Positions 1 through 13,696 of a stretch of DNA of 60,000 nucleotides are shown here, in pieces. Source of the DNA: Mobula hypostoma (lineage: Eukaryota). A model generated the notes under the pieces. That model saw only the letters and a program-made list of their open reading frames with translations, made no database searches and was not told the origin of the DNA. The stretch's first letter is position 1, and each line of letters opens with the position of its first letter. The DNA lies in NCBI RefSeq assembly GCF_963921235.1, contig NC_086097.1:58034001-58094000 (forward strand), given 5' to 3'. The translations under genes were made by a program, and so were the position numbers.

Positions 1-2010
1 CTAAAGATTTAATCATTGTGGAGGATTTCTTACTCTTGTGGGATAACATCTTTCCTGACAAGGGGGTTGGGGGGGCCACTCTGTTTGGCAGGTGAGACCT
101 GTGGCTGTGAAAACTATCTCAGGTTCCGGGGCTTCCTCCATGATGGTTGTAGGAGCTGATTCTGACAATGCATGAAATAGTTCTGACAGCTTTGGACACC
201 TTTCTTTTCCTTCTTTCTTCTTCTTCTTCCTCCAGTTTATGCATCTTGATCTTCGGAAGGTACTTGTAGGTCACTGGAGTATTTGTCCTTCTATCACTCT
301 CTTTAATTTCTGATCTCTCCTCTTTGTTTCCACATCTGCAATATCATTTGATGAATCCTCTATTTTCATATCTTCTTTGACTCCTTTCTTTTTGACCTTC
401 CAGTCACCCAGGTGAGCTTTGGTCTTTGCATTCATTTTACAAGCAGCTTTTTGTCTCCTGCTTGAAGTTCACGCAATAACCTTAAGGTACACAGAGTAGA
501 TTCTGGTTTTTTGAACTCACAAAAGCTGAATGTTTGCAACATTCCTGAAGCTCCTTGAGCTCTATTCCAGCTTAAAACCAAGACACATTTTGCAATGTGT
601 AACTGCCTGATTAACATATCAGAAGCTTTCTCAAATATGTTGCATATGCAAGCTGTTGTAGTTGGACCCCATTTCTTTTGTCACTTCTATGATTCCTCTG
701 AGCAACATGGCTCTTCCTTGGTCCAATATGCCTTCCTACCAGAGGTACAGAAGTTGGCACCAACATCTGTTGGCTCCCTTTTTGGTAATAGTTCATGATG
801 TACAACAGGGAGACTGTTGTGGCATCATCCAATACTGCTCTTCATTCACTTTCAGTTGACTGTATTGCAGGGGATGTGGCACCGAAATGGTGGATGGATC
901 TCCAACCAAGTTGTAGTTGTCTCAGCCACTCATGACCCTACAATGCAGGCCCATTGTGGCTTGCTGGTTGTTGTAGTTCACTGTCATGAATGCCTTTCCC
1001 ACAGGAGTTATCTTTTCTCCAGTATAAGTTCTCAGTTGGATATCTGTAGGCTTCAGTTTAGTATCTTGGAAATGCCATTCAAACTCATTTTGTGGAATGA
1101 CTGAAGCCACCAAGTCAGTGTCCAATTACATTTTAATTAATTTGCCATTCATTTCTGGTGTAAGCCATATTGCTTGTCTACTGTTAGCTTTTACATTGTA
1201 ATCCTCAAGATTAGCCAGTCCTATGTCACTCTCATCATTATCAAATTTTTCATCAACAGCATGAAGATTAATGCTTTTTTGAAGCTGCAACTGACTTTTT
1301 ATCTTTTTCTCTTTCCTATGCAGTCCATTTATTTCTATCTGCCTGACATACTTTTCATATGTCCTACTTTGCTGCATTTTCGGCAAGTTTCACCTTCAAA
1401 TCTGCATTGGTCTGGTGAATGTGAATTCCTACCACAATGGTAACACAATTTGTTTGGGCAAGCTAGCTTCTATTTAACACTGCAATTTTGTTCACACTCA
1501 CTTTCATTTCTGACTGCAACACTATTGCATCTCTGTCTGCTGTTTCTATTGGTACAGCTATTTCAACTTCTCTTTTAAATGTAAGTTGTGCTTCAGTTGG
1601 AAGCCGTTTTGAATGCTTTCTTGTAAGATTCTGCAAACTAAATGGTCTCTCAATGCATCACTAAGCCCATTGCCAAACTGACAAAGCTGAGACAACTTTT
1701 TCAATTCAGCCACATATGCTGAAATGAACTCACCTTCCTTTTGATTTCACTTATGAAACCTAAAGCATTCTGTAATCAACAACAGTGTTCCCGCATTATT
1801 TTCACAATATCAGCAAAGCTCATTTTGGCTGGTTTGGTTGGAGCAGTCAAACTTCGAAGCAAACTGTATGCATTAAAACCAAATACACACAGTAAAATTG
1901 GTACTAATTTCTTATTGGCTATTTCATTTGCTACAAAATTCTGTTTAATTAGCTCAGTACACATGAGCAAGTTACCCGCTGAGCAATCAAATGTGTCTAC
2001 CCTTCCGATG
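1..2010 (-). mobile_element. Decayed, internally deleted Ty3/Gypsy LTR retrotransposon (family A): gag, zinc knuckles, protease and the 3' end of pol
   Basis: The minus strand reads gag-like IGRVDTFDC...AYSLLRSLTAPTKPAKMSFADIVK (1776-2010), knuckles CYHCGRNSHSPDQC and CRKCSKVGH (about 1360-1447), and protease-like DTDLVASVIPQNEF (about 930-1125). Bases 1-205 are the reverse complement of the pol 3' end at about 39450-39650. Stops and frameshifts are present. Confidence 0.85.
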
Positions 2011-2028
2011 TAAATACACTGCAAACAC

Positions 2029-2235
2029 CACTGTTCCTTCTAATCTGTGCTGGTGTGCAGCCACACAGTAATGGAAATGCTCCTGTCTGCATAGATTTTG
2101 TTGCTGTGCAGCTGGAATTTTCTTTTATATAACATTTTATTAATGTGACACACAGTTTTCAGGCTGTGTAAAAATTTCTTGCACAGAGCTATGGTTGGTC
2201 TGTGCAGCTATAAGAAAAAATTAGAGAGAATGTTG
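2029..2235. mobile_element. Short non-autonomous DNA transposon (MITE, possibly hAT-like)
   Basis: Degenerate terminal inverted repeats cactgttccttctaat (2029-2044) and attagagagaatgttg (2220-2235), matching at 11 of 16 positions. Confidence 0.45.
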
Positions 2236-2245
2236 GTCAGAACAT

Positions 2246-2340
2246 AGAAACATAGAAACATAGAAAATAGGTGCAGGAGTAGGCCATTCGGCCCTTCAAG
2301 CCTGCACCGCCATTCAGTATGATCATGGCTGATCATCCAC
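2246..2340 (-). mobile_element. CR1 LINE 3' terminal fragment
   Basis: (AGAAACAT)n 8-bp tail followed by a CR1-type 3' end (gcaggagtaggccattcggccc). Possible TSD gaacat at 2240 and 2341. Confidence 0.75.
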
Positions 2341-3733
2341 GAACATGTGTGAAGCTGTATCTGAGACAGCAGGGTGGCACTGATAGTGGAGAAAGGTCTC
2401 TAGGTGAAGATTGTCTTGCATAAGCATTGCTCTTTGGAGAAAAATCTATCAATTAGCATGAAGTCTTGCACACTCTAGATTTTGAGTTACAAACGTTTCT
2501 GCATCTTCTCTTATATAATCCTGTTGTTGCCTATACAGACATCAATACCAATGGTCCATTGATATGTTATCAGGCAACAAAGGTGTTGCACACAGACACA
2601 TGCCTACTGGAAGTCAATTTGGGATCCAATTGTCATATGTGCAAGAAATACTCATTCTCAAAAGTGTGAGTAGTGTGTAGAGTAGGAAGTGAGGTGACAG
2701 AGTAGACTGACCAAAAATGTATTTTGTGTGGATGTCCTCAGAACTAACATAGTTCCTAGGAAACATGATTGCTAAAAGTTGGCTGTTCTCTGTCTAAACA
2801 ATACCTGTCATTTATCAGTCACATGAGGTTGAAACTCATGCAAGCAAAACATTCGATATTGTGCAATTCATGACACTCTGAGGCAGTTTTACACCAGAAA
2901 AAATGTTTCTTGTGTTGATGAAGTCCCATTGGAAAGATTTGGGTCAGATTTCCTTAAGGGCCCTGGAGACATGGTAATGGATAATAAATTGCCCCACTTT
3001 CGGTTAATCTAGTTTTCATTTCTTAACACTAACTTTCACCATATTGGGAGAAGTTTCTAGCATCATATATTCCAGCTTTAATTGCAAATAATGGCTGCAA
3101 ATCAGTTAACTATTATTGATATTAACTTGTGGTTAGATAATTGGAATTTTAATGCATTTTGCGCAATAAGAGTAAGTATAAAGTCAATTATAGTGATGAA
3201 TAGTTTCAAATAAAACACAGATCAATAAAATGAAAGAAAAATATGTTTTATTCCATGTTTGAAAATCATTATGTAATTTGAAAAGCAATATTTAGTAGGT
3301 ACAAATACAGAAAGTTCACACCAAGGTCTGTAACAAGAAGGATGAAGGATTATTTGGAACAAAGATGGGTTCAACTTCAGGCAGTGGAGTCAACCGATGG
3401 TTAAGAATGATTGGGGAATTTTCCTGCACGGAAAGCTTCCTGCACGCATGCAGAACTCGTTGATTTTATTAACTTTGCCTCCAACTTTCACCCTGCCCTC
3501 AAGTTTCCTGGTCCATTTCCGACACCTCCCTCCCCTTTCTAGATCTTTCTGTCTCTGTCTCTGGAGACAGCTTATCCAGTGATGTTTGCTATAAGCCTAC
3601 TGACTCTCACAGCTATCTGGACTATTCCTCTTCTCACCCTGTCTCTTGCAAAAACGCCATCCCCTTCTCGCAATTCCTCCGTCTCTGCCGCATCTGCTCT
3701 CAGGATGAGGCTTTTCATTCTAGGACGAGGGAG

Positions 3734-4477
3734 ATGTCTTCCTTTTTTAAAGAAAGGAGCTTCCCTTCCTCCACTATCAACTCTGCTCTTAAACGCATCT
3801 CCCCCATTTCACATACATCTGCTCTCACTCCATCCTCCCGCCACCCCACTAGGAATAGGGTTCCCCTGGTCCTCACCTACCACCCCACCAGCCTCCGGGT
3901 CCAACGTATTATTCTCCGTAACTTCCGCCACCTCCAATGGGATCCCACCACTAAGCACATCTTTCCCTCCCCACCTCTCTCTGCATTCCGCAGGGATCGC
4001 TCCCTACGCAACTCCCTTGTCCATTCGTCCCCCCCATCCCTCCCCACTGATCTCCCTCCTGGCACTTATCCGTGTAAGCGGAACAAGTGCTACACATGCC
4101 CTTATACTTCCTCCCTTACCACCATTCAGGGCCCCAAACAGTCCTTCCAGGTGAGGCAACACTTCACCTGTGAGTCGACTGGGGTGATATACTGCGTCCC
4201 GTGCTCCCGATATGGCCTTTTCTATATTGGCGAGACCCGACGCAGACTGGGAGACCGCTTTGCTGAACATCTATGCTCTGTCCGCCAGAGAAAGCAGGAT
4301 CTCCCAGTGGCCACACATTTTAATTCCACATCCCATTCCCATTCTGACATGTCTATCCACGGCCTCCTCTACTGTAAAGATGAAGCCACACTCAGGTTGG
4401 AGGAACAACACCTTATATTCCGTCTGGGTAGCCTCCAACCTGATGGCATGAACATCGACTTCTCTAACTTCCTCTAA
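3734..4477 (+). pseudogene. Penelope ORF fragment: RT thumb, Cys-rich linker and GIY-YIG endonuclease
   Basis: YPCKRNKCYTC...FTC, then GVIYCVPC..FYIGETRRRLGDRFAEH, and terminal QPDGMN. Confidence 0.9.
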
Positions 4478-4772
4478 GGCCCCACCTCCCCCTAGTACCC
4501 CATCTGTTACTTATTTTTATGCACACATTCTTTCTCTCACTCTCCTTTTTCTCCCTCTGTCCCTCTGAATATACCTCTCGCCCATCTTCTGGGTCTCCCC
4601 CCCCCTTGTCTTTCTTCCCGGACCTCCTGTCCCATGATCCTCTCGTATCCCCTTTTGCCTATCACCTGTCCAGCTCGCGGCTCCATCCCTCCCCTTCCTG
4701 TCTTCTCCTATCATTTTGGATCTCCCCCTCCCCCTCCAACTTTCAAATCCCTTACTCACTCTTCCTTCAGTT

Positions 4773-4809
4773 AGTCCTGACGAAGGGTCTCGGCCTGAAA
4801 CGTCAACTG
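4773..4809 (+). ncRNA. Minimal hammerhead ribozyme motif in the Penelope terminal repeat
   Basis: agtc-CTGACGA-agggtctcggcct-GAAAC-GTC-aactg. The core is intact; stem I has one mismatch. Confidence 0.7.
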
Positions 4810-5299
4810 CACCTCTTCCTACAGATGCTGCCTGGCCTGCTGTGTTCACCAGCAACTTTGATGTGTGTTGCTTGAATTTCCAGCATCTGCAGAATTCCTG
4901 TTGTTTGGGGAATTTTCAATGTGTTGTAATTAATGTGCATTGGTCACATACCAAATATTAAGTAATCTTTTAGGTTATACATTTAGTTCACCCCTGAGCA
5001 AAACTACACAGGAAATTCTATGCTCACACAAAGTACAGACATTCCTTATAAATATTAACTTGTTGAAATCAGCACATTGTTCATCTACTCCTTTACCCAT
5101 ATAAATAAATCATATATTCACCATATCTTCATCTCCTCTCAAAGGATCTCACTCAGTGCAAAGCATAAGGTCTATAAGCCACAAATGAACAATTATAGAA
5201 AACAAAAGCAGGAGAAACTACTTTTGCCACTGAAAGGAAGGACAATGTGTGCAACAGATGTGGCAGGATCAGAAGCTTTAATAATTTGCAAGCCAATAT

Positions 5300-5643
5300 G
5301 AGGTTATGAGAAGATTCAATTGAAACATTCTAGATTTTGGAGAGATACTGTTTTTCTGCTGGTAGGGATTTCAAGACATGTGGACATGGTTTCAAATTCA
5401 GAGTCAGGCTGTTCAAGTCAAAATTCAGCAAAGATGGTGAAGGTATGGAACTCTCCCACACGAAGGAATAGATACTAATTCATTTATGAACTTAAATGTG
5501 AGGTTCACATTATTTGCTGGTTACGATACTAAGGAACATAGAACAAGGGCTTCTGCTGCAGATAGGATAAGGATCTGTTCAAGGTTACTGAATGGCAGAG
5601 GAGGCTTAAGAGGCTAAGTGGACTACTCCTATTTCTATATTGT
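5300..5643 (+). mobile_element. Old degenerate CR1 3' fragment
   Basis: Diverged similarity to the CR1 3' ends elsewhere in the window (gaatggcagaggaggcttaagaggctaagtggactactcct). Confidence 0.55.
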
Positions 5644-5794
5644 AAGTAGATATAGGAGTTCATGGCTTGTTAACTCTAATTTATTTCTATAGTGAATTTA
5701 GTGAATCAATAGTTCTCTCACATCTGAAGCAATTATAATTTGACATTAGAATTAGTATTAGTTGAATACAGGGCAAGAAATACATGTACATGCA

Positions 5795-6120
5795 GGCCTG
5801 CACAATGGCACAACTAACAAAGCTGGTGGCCCACAGCTCCAGTCCATGGGTTCATTCCTGACCTTTAGTACTGTTTGCGAGGAATCTATACGTTCTCACT
5901 GTGACCACCTGAGTTTCCTCTACATGCTCTTGTTTCCGCCCATGTCTCAAAAAGGGTGAAGTTAAGTCATTGTCAACTGTTCCTCATGTGTTGAGAGGTA
6001 AAATCTGCGAGGTGTTGTTGCAAATGTGGGAAGGATAAAATGGATTAGTATAAATATGTGATGCATTGTGAGGACTCAGTGGGCTAAAGTTTCTTCTTCC
6101 ATGATGCATGACTCTATGAC
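5795..6120 (+). mobile_element. tRNA-derived V-SINE (HE1-like), degenerate
   Basis: B-box-like gggttcattcc, V-domain-like gttctcactgtgaccacctgagtttcctc, and CR1-like tail gactctatgac. Confidence 0.65.
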
Positions 6121-6404
6121 AATGGTATGTATAAATTTCAACAGACAGGGAAAATGACTTACCAGGAATTTGTGGTTAAATAAGGAAATGTACTAATGAA
6201 TAACTTTGTTCAGTATGTTTGGAGATAGCAATTCTGCTACCTTCCCATTAGTCTAAATTATATCCATCACATCTCTCACTAAACACACCACATTGCCTGT
6301 CTCTCTCCGATCCCTCAGAAAGCCCCCCTTTCAGAGAATTGGTAAATTTTCTACTTCAGTCATTAAAAGAGCTTATAAACATATATACCAACAGCGATTA
6401 ACAG

Positions 6405-6585
6405 TAAACACGAGAAATTCGGCAGATGCTGGAAATCCGAAGCAAAACACACAAAATGCTGGAGGAACGCAGCAGGTCAAGCAGCATCTAGGGAATTGAA
6501 TAAACAGTCAACGTTTGGGCTGAGACCTTTCTTCAGGACTGGAAAGGAAGGGGGAAGGCACCAGAAAGTGATGGAGGAGGGGCAG
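6405..6585 (-). mobile_element. Penelope terminal-repeat copy with a degenerate hammerhead motif (6505-6541)
   Basis: Reverse-complement similarity to 4770-4907; reads cagtc-CTGAAGA...AAACGTT-gactg. Confidence 0.85.
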
Positions 6586-7689
6586 AGACCCTATAAAGAG
6601 TCAGAGAGAGGCAGAGATAAAAGGTGTAACTTTTAAGAATGTCAAAGGTCTGAGCTGAAATAGGTGGATACATCTCTTACACAAACAATCAGAGATATTT
6701 TCCCTGTTAGAGCCCTTGCAAGTTAGGCAAATACTATGTTTTTCAGTAGCAATTGACAATACCACCTCTACTCTTCATGTTTGCTTTCCTGGTTGAGGTC
6801 CATGTATTTTACAATAATGCATGTAAAGCCAGATATTCAAAGAGTGTTGTGTTCCATGTTAACTGATATCATTTCTCGGTGCTAAGCAGCTTCTATCACA
6901 AGGGCAAAAATGGGTGAGTCATTTCCTGATCTGATCTACCTTCTCTTGGAAGTGCTTTCAGCAATCAGTTTTGTCCATAGTTCAATTACACAGCATGTGT
7001 AATCTGATCTATACAATTGAATTCCATCTCAGTTACAAATTTGCCTGAGACTCCAAAGGCTGAATTTAATCTGAAGCTTGAAGAATTTACTTCTTAATAG
7101 TCTGGGAGTCAAAATAATAATTATTTCTTCCGTTTATCTAGATAAGGAGTGACGAGCAAACTCTGGAACCTTTTGATGGATGGAATTCTACTGAACCGTG
7201 CTGCAGGTTGGAACCTAGCCCACAGGTCACAGGAATAAGAAGTTCACATCCACTCTGTGCACAGCTGAAAAGTTGTTGCCTTTTACTATTAATTAATTAT
7301 GGTTATTAGTCAGAAAATGGAGGGAGAATGTTCTTTTGTTACTATTCATCATGAGTCTTGAATGCAAGTCAGGGGCAAGTGAAAGAAGGGTGAGATATGG
7401 CACCGTGCCCCCAAATCTAATGATCTCTATCCTTTCAATATTCTTTACGCATATTAAAGAAGCACATGTGTGTGCACTGGCTTGTAGAGAGACTGAAGGA
7501 ATGCACAGAGAAACAGTCCTGAGCACATTGATTGATGTTACACCAAAAATCTCTCAGTGTTCTGATCCAGGTGTCAAAAATAGATATATTGCTGTAGGAG
7601 TCCAGTTCTACTTCAAAAAGCAGACCACTTAATAGAACAACTGATCTAATGTCTAGTGTACATCTCTATACTGGCCTCAAATTAACAGT

Positions 7690-9878
7690 TGGCATTGCAT
7701 ATGATGTTGTAGCCATCACTGAATCATGGCTGAAGGACGGTTGTAGTTGGGAGCTGAATGTCCAAGGTTACATGTTATAACGGAGGGATAGGAAGGTAGG
7801 CAGAGGGGGTGGTGTGGCTCTCCTGGTAAAGAAAGGCATCAAATCAGTAGAAAGATGTGACATAGGATTGGAAGACGTTGACTTCTTGTGGGTTGAGTTA
7901 AGAAACTGCAAGGGTAAAAGGATGTTGATGGCAATTATATGCAGGCCTCCAAACAGTGGCTGGGAGATGGACCACAGATTACAACAGGAAATAGAAAAAG
8001 TGTGTCAAAAGGGCAATGTTATGGTAGCCATGGGAGATCTGTGGATAGTAAAGGTTTTTTCAAGTATGTTAAAAATAAAAGAGAAATGAGAGTGGATATA
8101 GGACTGCTAGAAAATGAAGCAGGAGAAATAAAGACAGGGACAAGGAGATGGCTGATGAACTAAATGAGTATTTTGCATCAGTCTTCACTGTGGAAGACAC
8201 TGGCAGTATGCCTGATATTGTAGTGTGTGAGGGAAAAGAGTAGGGTGCAGTTACTATTACAAGAGAGAAGGTGCTCAAAAAGCTGGAAGACCTAAAGGTA
8301 CGTAAGTCATGCGGACCAGATGTATTGCACCCTAGGGTGGTGAAAGAGGTAGCATTAGAAATTGTGGTGGCATTAGAAATGATATTTCAAAAATCACTGG
8401 ACTCTGACATGGTGCCAGAGGTCTGGAATATTTCAAATGTCACTCCACTCTTTAAGAAAGGAGGAAGGCAGCAGAAAGGAAATTATAGACCAGTTAGCCT
8501 GACCTCAGTGGTTGGGAAGATGTTGAAGTCAATTGTTAAGGATGAGGTGATGGAGAACTTGGTGACACAGGACAAGATAATACAAAGTCAGCATGGTTTC
8601 CTTCAGGGAAAATCCTGCCTGACGAACCTGTTGGAATTCTTTGAGAAGATTACAGGTAGGATAGATAAAGGGGATGCAGTAGATGTTGTACACTTGGACT
8701 TTCAGAAGTCCTTTGACAAGTGCCACACATGAGGCTACTTACCAAGTTAAGAGCCCATGGTATTACAGGAAAGTTATTAACATGGTTAGAGCTTTGGCTG
8801 ATTGGTAGGAGGCAGTGAGTGGGAATAAAAGGATCCTTTTCTGGTTGGTTGCCAGTGACTAGTGGTGTTCTGCAGCGATCGGTGTAGGGACTGTATGCTA
8901 TTATTTATGCTGTATATAAATGATTCAGATGATGGAATAGATGGCTTTGTTGCCAAGTTAGCAGATGATACAAAGATTGGTGAAGGGGCACGTAGTGTTG
9001 AGGAAACAGGTAGGATGCAGAAGGACTTAGACAAATTAGGAGACTGGGCAAGAAATTGGCAAATAAAATGCAATGTTGGAAGATGAGTGGTCATGCGCTT
9101 TGGTAGTAGAAATAAACATGTGGACTATTTTCTAAATGGGGAGAAAATCCAAAAATCTGAGATGCAAAGGGACTTGGGAGTCCTTGTTCAGAACGCCTTG
9201 AAGGCTAACTTGCAGGTTGAGTTGATGATGAGGAAGGCAAATGCAATGCTTGCATTCATTTCAAGAGGTCTAGAATACAAGAGCAAGAATGTGATGCTGA
9301 GGCTTTTTAAGGCGCTGGTGAGGCCTCACCTTGAGTATTGTGAACAGTTTTGGCCCCTCATCTTAGAAGAGAAGTGCTGGCATTGGAGGGTGTTCAGAGG
9401 AGGTTCACAAGGGTGATTCCAGGAATGAAAGGGCTATCATACGAGGAACGTTGGATGGCCCTGTGTCTGTACTCGCTGGAATTCAGAAGGATGAGGGGGT
9501 ATCTCATTGAAACCTCTCAAATGTTGAAAGGCCTGGACAGAGTAGATGTGGAAGGGGCGTTTCCCATGGTGGGAGAGTCTAGGAAAAGAGGGCACAACCT
9601 CAGAATAGAGAGGGGCGCCCTTTCAAAGCAGTGATGCGGAGAAATTTCTTTAGCCAAAGGGTGGTGAATTTGTGGAATTTGTTGCCACATGCAGCTGTGG
9701 AGGCCAGGTCGTTGGGTGTATTTAAGGCAGAGATTGATTGGGTATGGCATCAAAGGTTACGGGAAGAAGGCCGGGAACTGAGGTTGAAGAGGAGAGAAAA
9801 AAATTGGATCAGCCATGATTGAATGGTGGAGAGGCTTGATGGGCCAGATGCCCTAATTCTGCTCCTATGTCTCATGGT
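7690..9878 (+). mobile_element. CR1 LINE ORF2 (APE endonuclease and RT), 5'-truncated, with an internal deletion at about 8040
   Basis: ITESWL, WVELRN, NYRPVSLTSVVGK, LDFQKSFDK, KLADDTK and RPHLEYC motifs; CR1 3' end ctgctcctatgtct; many stops and frameshifts. Confidence 0.95.
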
Positions 9879-9894
9879 GTAACACTTTTGCTTA

Positions 9895-10230
9895 GATTAG
9901 GTTTATCAGTCAAATGCACATCAAGGCATACAGTGAAATGCATTGTTTGCGTTAGGGACCGACACTGTGAGAATGTTCTGGGGGCAGGCTGCAAGCTTTG
10001 CCACACATTCCAGCGCCAACATAGCATGCCCACAATGTTCAGCAGAACATACAAGATAGACACAACAACAGCAAAACAAATCCTTTCTACTATGGTCCTC
10101 TGGACCTGCCAACTGACCTCCGGCCTGCCCCGCAGACCTCCAACCCTGGGACTCGCCTAACTTAGGAGTCACTAGCTCTTGTCCTCATGGTCTGCCAATC
10201 TTCATCACTGGTCTTTATCCTCAACGCCTG
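9895..10230 (-). repeat. Unclassified SINE-like interspersed repeat
   Basis: A related copy lies in the opposite orientation at about 10760-10890 (ccacacattccagcgccaacatagcatgcccac versus gtgggcttgcatgttggtgctgggaatgtgg). Confidence 0.55.
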
Positions 10231-10324
10231 CTGACATGACTTCTATCCTTAGGGATAGATGGAATCTGATATCTGGGCCTTTACAATATACTTCCTTGAG
10301 TTTTTCAGCATTCCCTAATGTCTC

Positions 10325-10573
10325 TGTTGTGTACTTAACATGTCAGTAATATTTGCTCAAAATTGTAACTATACAGTATTGTTTTATTAAGCATTCCTGG
10401 TTGTTCACATAATTCACTTTGGGGTATATGTAAAAATACATAAATGGCATATGTTGTCACGCCAGATCATATGTGCGCACTTCCCTAAAGTAAAACTAAC
10501 ATACACAATTTATTCTCAGTACCTGTGTTTTTCTTTCGATTAGTTTTATGTTTTGGAGTTAAAAAACATACCA
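10325..10573 (+). mobile_element. Solo LTR of Gypsy family A
   Basis: TG...CA ends, 249 bp, perfect 5-bp TSD gtctc (10320-10324 and 10574-10578), homologous to 23559-23807 and 40470-40705. Confidence 0.9.
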
Positions 10574-10759
10574 GTCTCTTGTTACGTATTTTCACTGTGT
10601 GAGTAAGGTGGCCTTTGTGAGTAATCCTCAGGGCCTGCCAACCACAGTCCTTGATCTCAAAGGTCAAGAACTGCGGTCGACAGGCCCTATGGATGAGGGT
10701 CGGTGATCTCTAATGGGCTTACCCATTGGGGTAGGAAAGGGTTTATGTTACTTTCGTTG

Positions 10760-10890
10760 TGTCTGTCCTTTATGCTATTCTGCTAAACGTGGTGGGCTTG
10801 CATGTTGGTGCTGGGAATGTGGCGATACCCGTGGGCTGCCCACAGCACATCTTCAGACTGTGTAGGTTGTTAACGCAGGTGACGCATCAG
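10760..10890 (+). repeat. Second copy of the unclassified SINE-like repeat
   Basis: Inverted similarity to 9940-10050. Confidence 0.5.
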
Positions 10891-11971
10891 CTCAGGGCTT
10901 TGAAACGCGAAAAAAAAATCTCCACCTGACGTATAAATAATTCATTTACAGTTATATGTTGGCAAACTATGAAGCAAGTATTATGCAATAATTACTAAAA
11001 TTTGCAAGGAGTCACTATGCACAGGTTCAAGTTACAGGTATGTCAATTTCAAGTTATTCACCTGCAGGCAGTACATGAATTAATATTGATATTTTGACAA
11101 TATTCATTTACTTTTCTTAATACCCACTTGACAGCGTGATGAAAAGCAATGCCTCTTCTCTTGTGCATTAGTCAACTGTTCAACAGGGATCATTGTTTCG
11201 ATGGAGAACTGCCAATACTGTACAGCATTCTACATATCTGGCCATCAGTACACAGATTGGATGTGAACTCTGATGCTTGAGATCTGTGGGATAGGCTCAA
11301 ACCAACAGCATGGATCAGTAGAACTCCATCCATCACTCACACAGTAAAAGACTCCAAAGATTGCTAGTCACTGCTTGTTTTGGTTCATAGAAGAAATAAT
11401 GTAATTGCTCTCTTAAACACTAAACTCTTTAGACAAGCTTCTGGCCATGTCCCATTTCTGTGCTCAATGACAAATTTCGATCTAATATCCTATGAGGTGT
11501 CTGGGGATGAAATTATTGCATTGAAGATGCAAAATAAAAGCAAATTGTTGGTGTTATCTTCATTTCCAGAACCTAATTTACGGTTGGCAGATACAGATAG
11601 TAAAACCTTTCTTTCAGAGCTCACGCAACAGTAGTCAGGTTAACACAAGCTGCTGCAAACTTTAACCACTTGCAACAATTAAAAGAGGCACTATTAACTC
11701 AGAACATATTACAGGATTGCCTTGATTTATTCCAGTTAAACAGTGCCATTACTATTTCAGTAACCGTATAATTGTAATCCAATTCCAGTCAACTCCGCTG
11801 ATTCAAACTGTTCCATATCATTCAGCTTGTAGTAAATCCTCACATTGATATTAAAATGTTAATTTTTTTCCAAATTTTGTATTTCCTACAATTTTTGGTA
11901 GCTTTTAAAGAGATCCACTCCCTCCCCCCCAACCCCCGACCGAATTCATCCTTCTAATCTTCATACAGCAA

Positions 11972-12105
11972 GTACAGGCCTAGAGCCATCAAATGCTCTT
12001 CATGCATTAAACCTTTCATACTTCGGATCATCTTTGTAAACCTCCTCTGGACCTTATCCAATGCCAGCCTATCCTTTGGGGTCCAAAACCACTCACAATA
12101 CTCCA
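11972..12105 (-). mobile_element. CR1 RT C-terminal fragment
   Basis: Reverse complement resembles the LEYCE.FW...VQRRFTKMI region of the other CR1 copies. Confidence 0.7.
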
Positions 12106-12665
12106 TTGTATCAGAACACAGCCAAAAAAAATAGCATCACCATTTGTACGACACCCATTCCTTGTAGAGCCTGAATCCCAAAGGTACAGACAAACACTGA
12201 CATAGAATAAGCTCAGTATGACCAGGATCATGTGGCATTTTTCTTGCTATTTAAAGGAACCCCGCAGAGGGAGACCTGACTGAGAAGTTTTTAGAACTCA
12301 TCGGCTGTTCAAACACTTTTCAACATCCACAGAATGCTAAAACTGATGAGGAATAATCTTTTCTGCATTTAGCAGCTGAGATGCTTACTCAACATGTGCC
12401 TCAGTTGTGATGCCAATGGCAACACTCCTTTACTGGGTGGGTGACATTTCAACTCTCAGGGAGATTTCAGAGCTATTTCATTCTATCGGGAGCTCACTGA
12501 TGAACAACATATTCACAATCCCTAAGACGGATCATTGACCCAAAACAGTGACTCCTCTCAGATTCTGCCTGCCATGCTGAGTGTTTTCAGTGAATCTATG
12601 TGTTCAGAAGGACACCAAAGCTGTTATGAAGGAGATATAGGAAACAAAGCAAGAAGACAATGGAG

Positions 12666-13696
12666 GATTGGAGGACGGTGTGTAGCGGTGTGCCTCAGGG
12701 ATCTGTACTGGGTCCAGAGTAGTTTGTAATATATATTAATGATCTGGATGACGGGGCAGTAAATTGGATTAGTAAGTATGCAGATGATACTAAGATAGGT
12801 GGTGTTGTGGATGATGAGGTAGGTTTTCAAAACTTGCAGAGAGATTTAAGACAGTTAGAAGAGTGGGCTGAAAGATGGCAGATGGAGTTTAATGCAGAAA
12901 AATGTGAGGTGCTACATTTTGGTAGAACTAATCAAAATAGGACATACATGGTAAATGGTAGGGCATTAAAGAATGCTGTAGAACAGAGGGATCTAGGAAT
13001 AATCGTGCATAGTTTCCTGAAGATGGAATCTCATGTGGATAGGGTGGTGAAGAAAGCTTTTGGTTTGCTGGCCTTTATAAATCAGAGCATTGAGTATAGG
13101 AGTTGGGATGTAATGTTGAATTTGTATAAGGCATTGGTAAGGCCAAATCTGGAGTATTGTGTACAGTTCTGGTCACCGAATTATAGGAAAGATGTCAATA
13201 AAATTGAGAGAGTACAGAGGAGGTTTACTAAAATGTTGCCTGGGTTTCATCTCCTAAGTTACAAAGAAAGGTTGAACAAGTTAGGTGTTTATTCTTTGGA
13301 GCGTAGAAGGTTGAGGGGGGACTTGATAGAGGTGTGTGAAATTATGAGAGGGATCGATAGAGTTGACATGGTTAGACTTTTTCCATTGAGAGTGGGGAAG
13401 ATTCAAACAAGAGGACATGGGTTGAGAGTTAGAGGACAAAAGTTTAGGGGTAACATGAGGGGGAATTTCTTTACTCAGAGAGTGGTAGCTGGGTGGAATG
13501 AGCTTCCAGCAGAAGTGGTTGAGGCAGGTTCTATGTTGTCGTTTAAAGTTAAATTGGATAGCTATATGGACAGGAAAGGAATGGAGGGTTATGGGCTGAG
13601 TGCAGGTTGGTGGGACTAGGATATGGTAAGAGTTCGGCATGGACTAGAAGGGCCGAGATGGCCTGTTTCTGTGCTGTAATTGTTATATGGTTATAA
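12666..13696 (+). mobile_element. CR1 LINE 3' fragment (same subfamily as 31612-35694)
   Basis: VPQGSVLGP and KYADDTK motifs, an open 270-aa C-terminal frame (12807-13619) and the tail ttatatggttata. Confidence 0.95.

Larger units (their letters stand above)
3424..4907 (+). mobile_element. Penelope-like element (Neptune-like), 5'-truncated
   Basis: RT C-terminus, Cys linker and GIY-YIG nuclease, then a pyrimidine-rich 3' UTR and the terminal repeat. Flanked by duplicated (ttg)gggaattttc at 3411-3423 and 4905-4917. Confidence 0.92.

Noticed and set aside
4517..4961. ORFs over the Penelope 3' UTR and terminal repeat, also at 17468, 21654 and 40933
   Set aside because: Translations of a non-coding repeat; the frames are not conserved between copies.
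7142..7632. Possible host exons near 7142-7206 and ORF 7336-7632
   Set aside because: No recognisable protein and weak splice donors.
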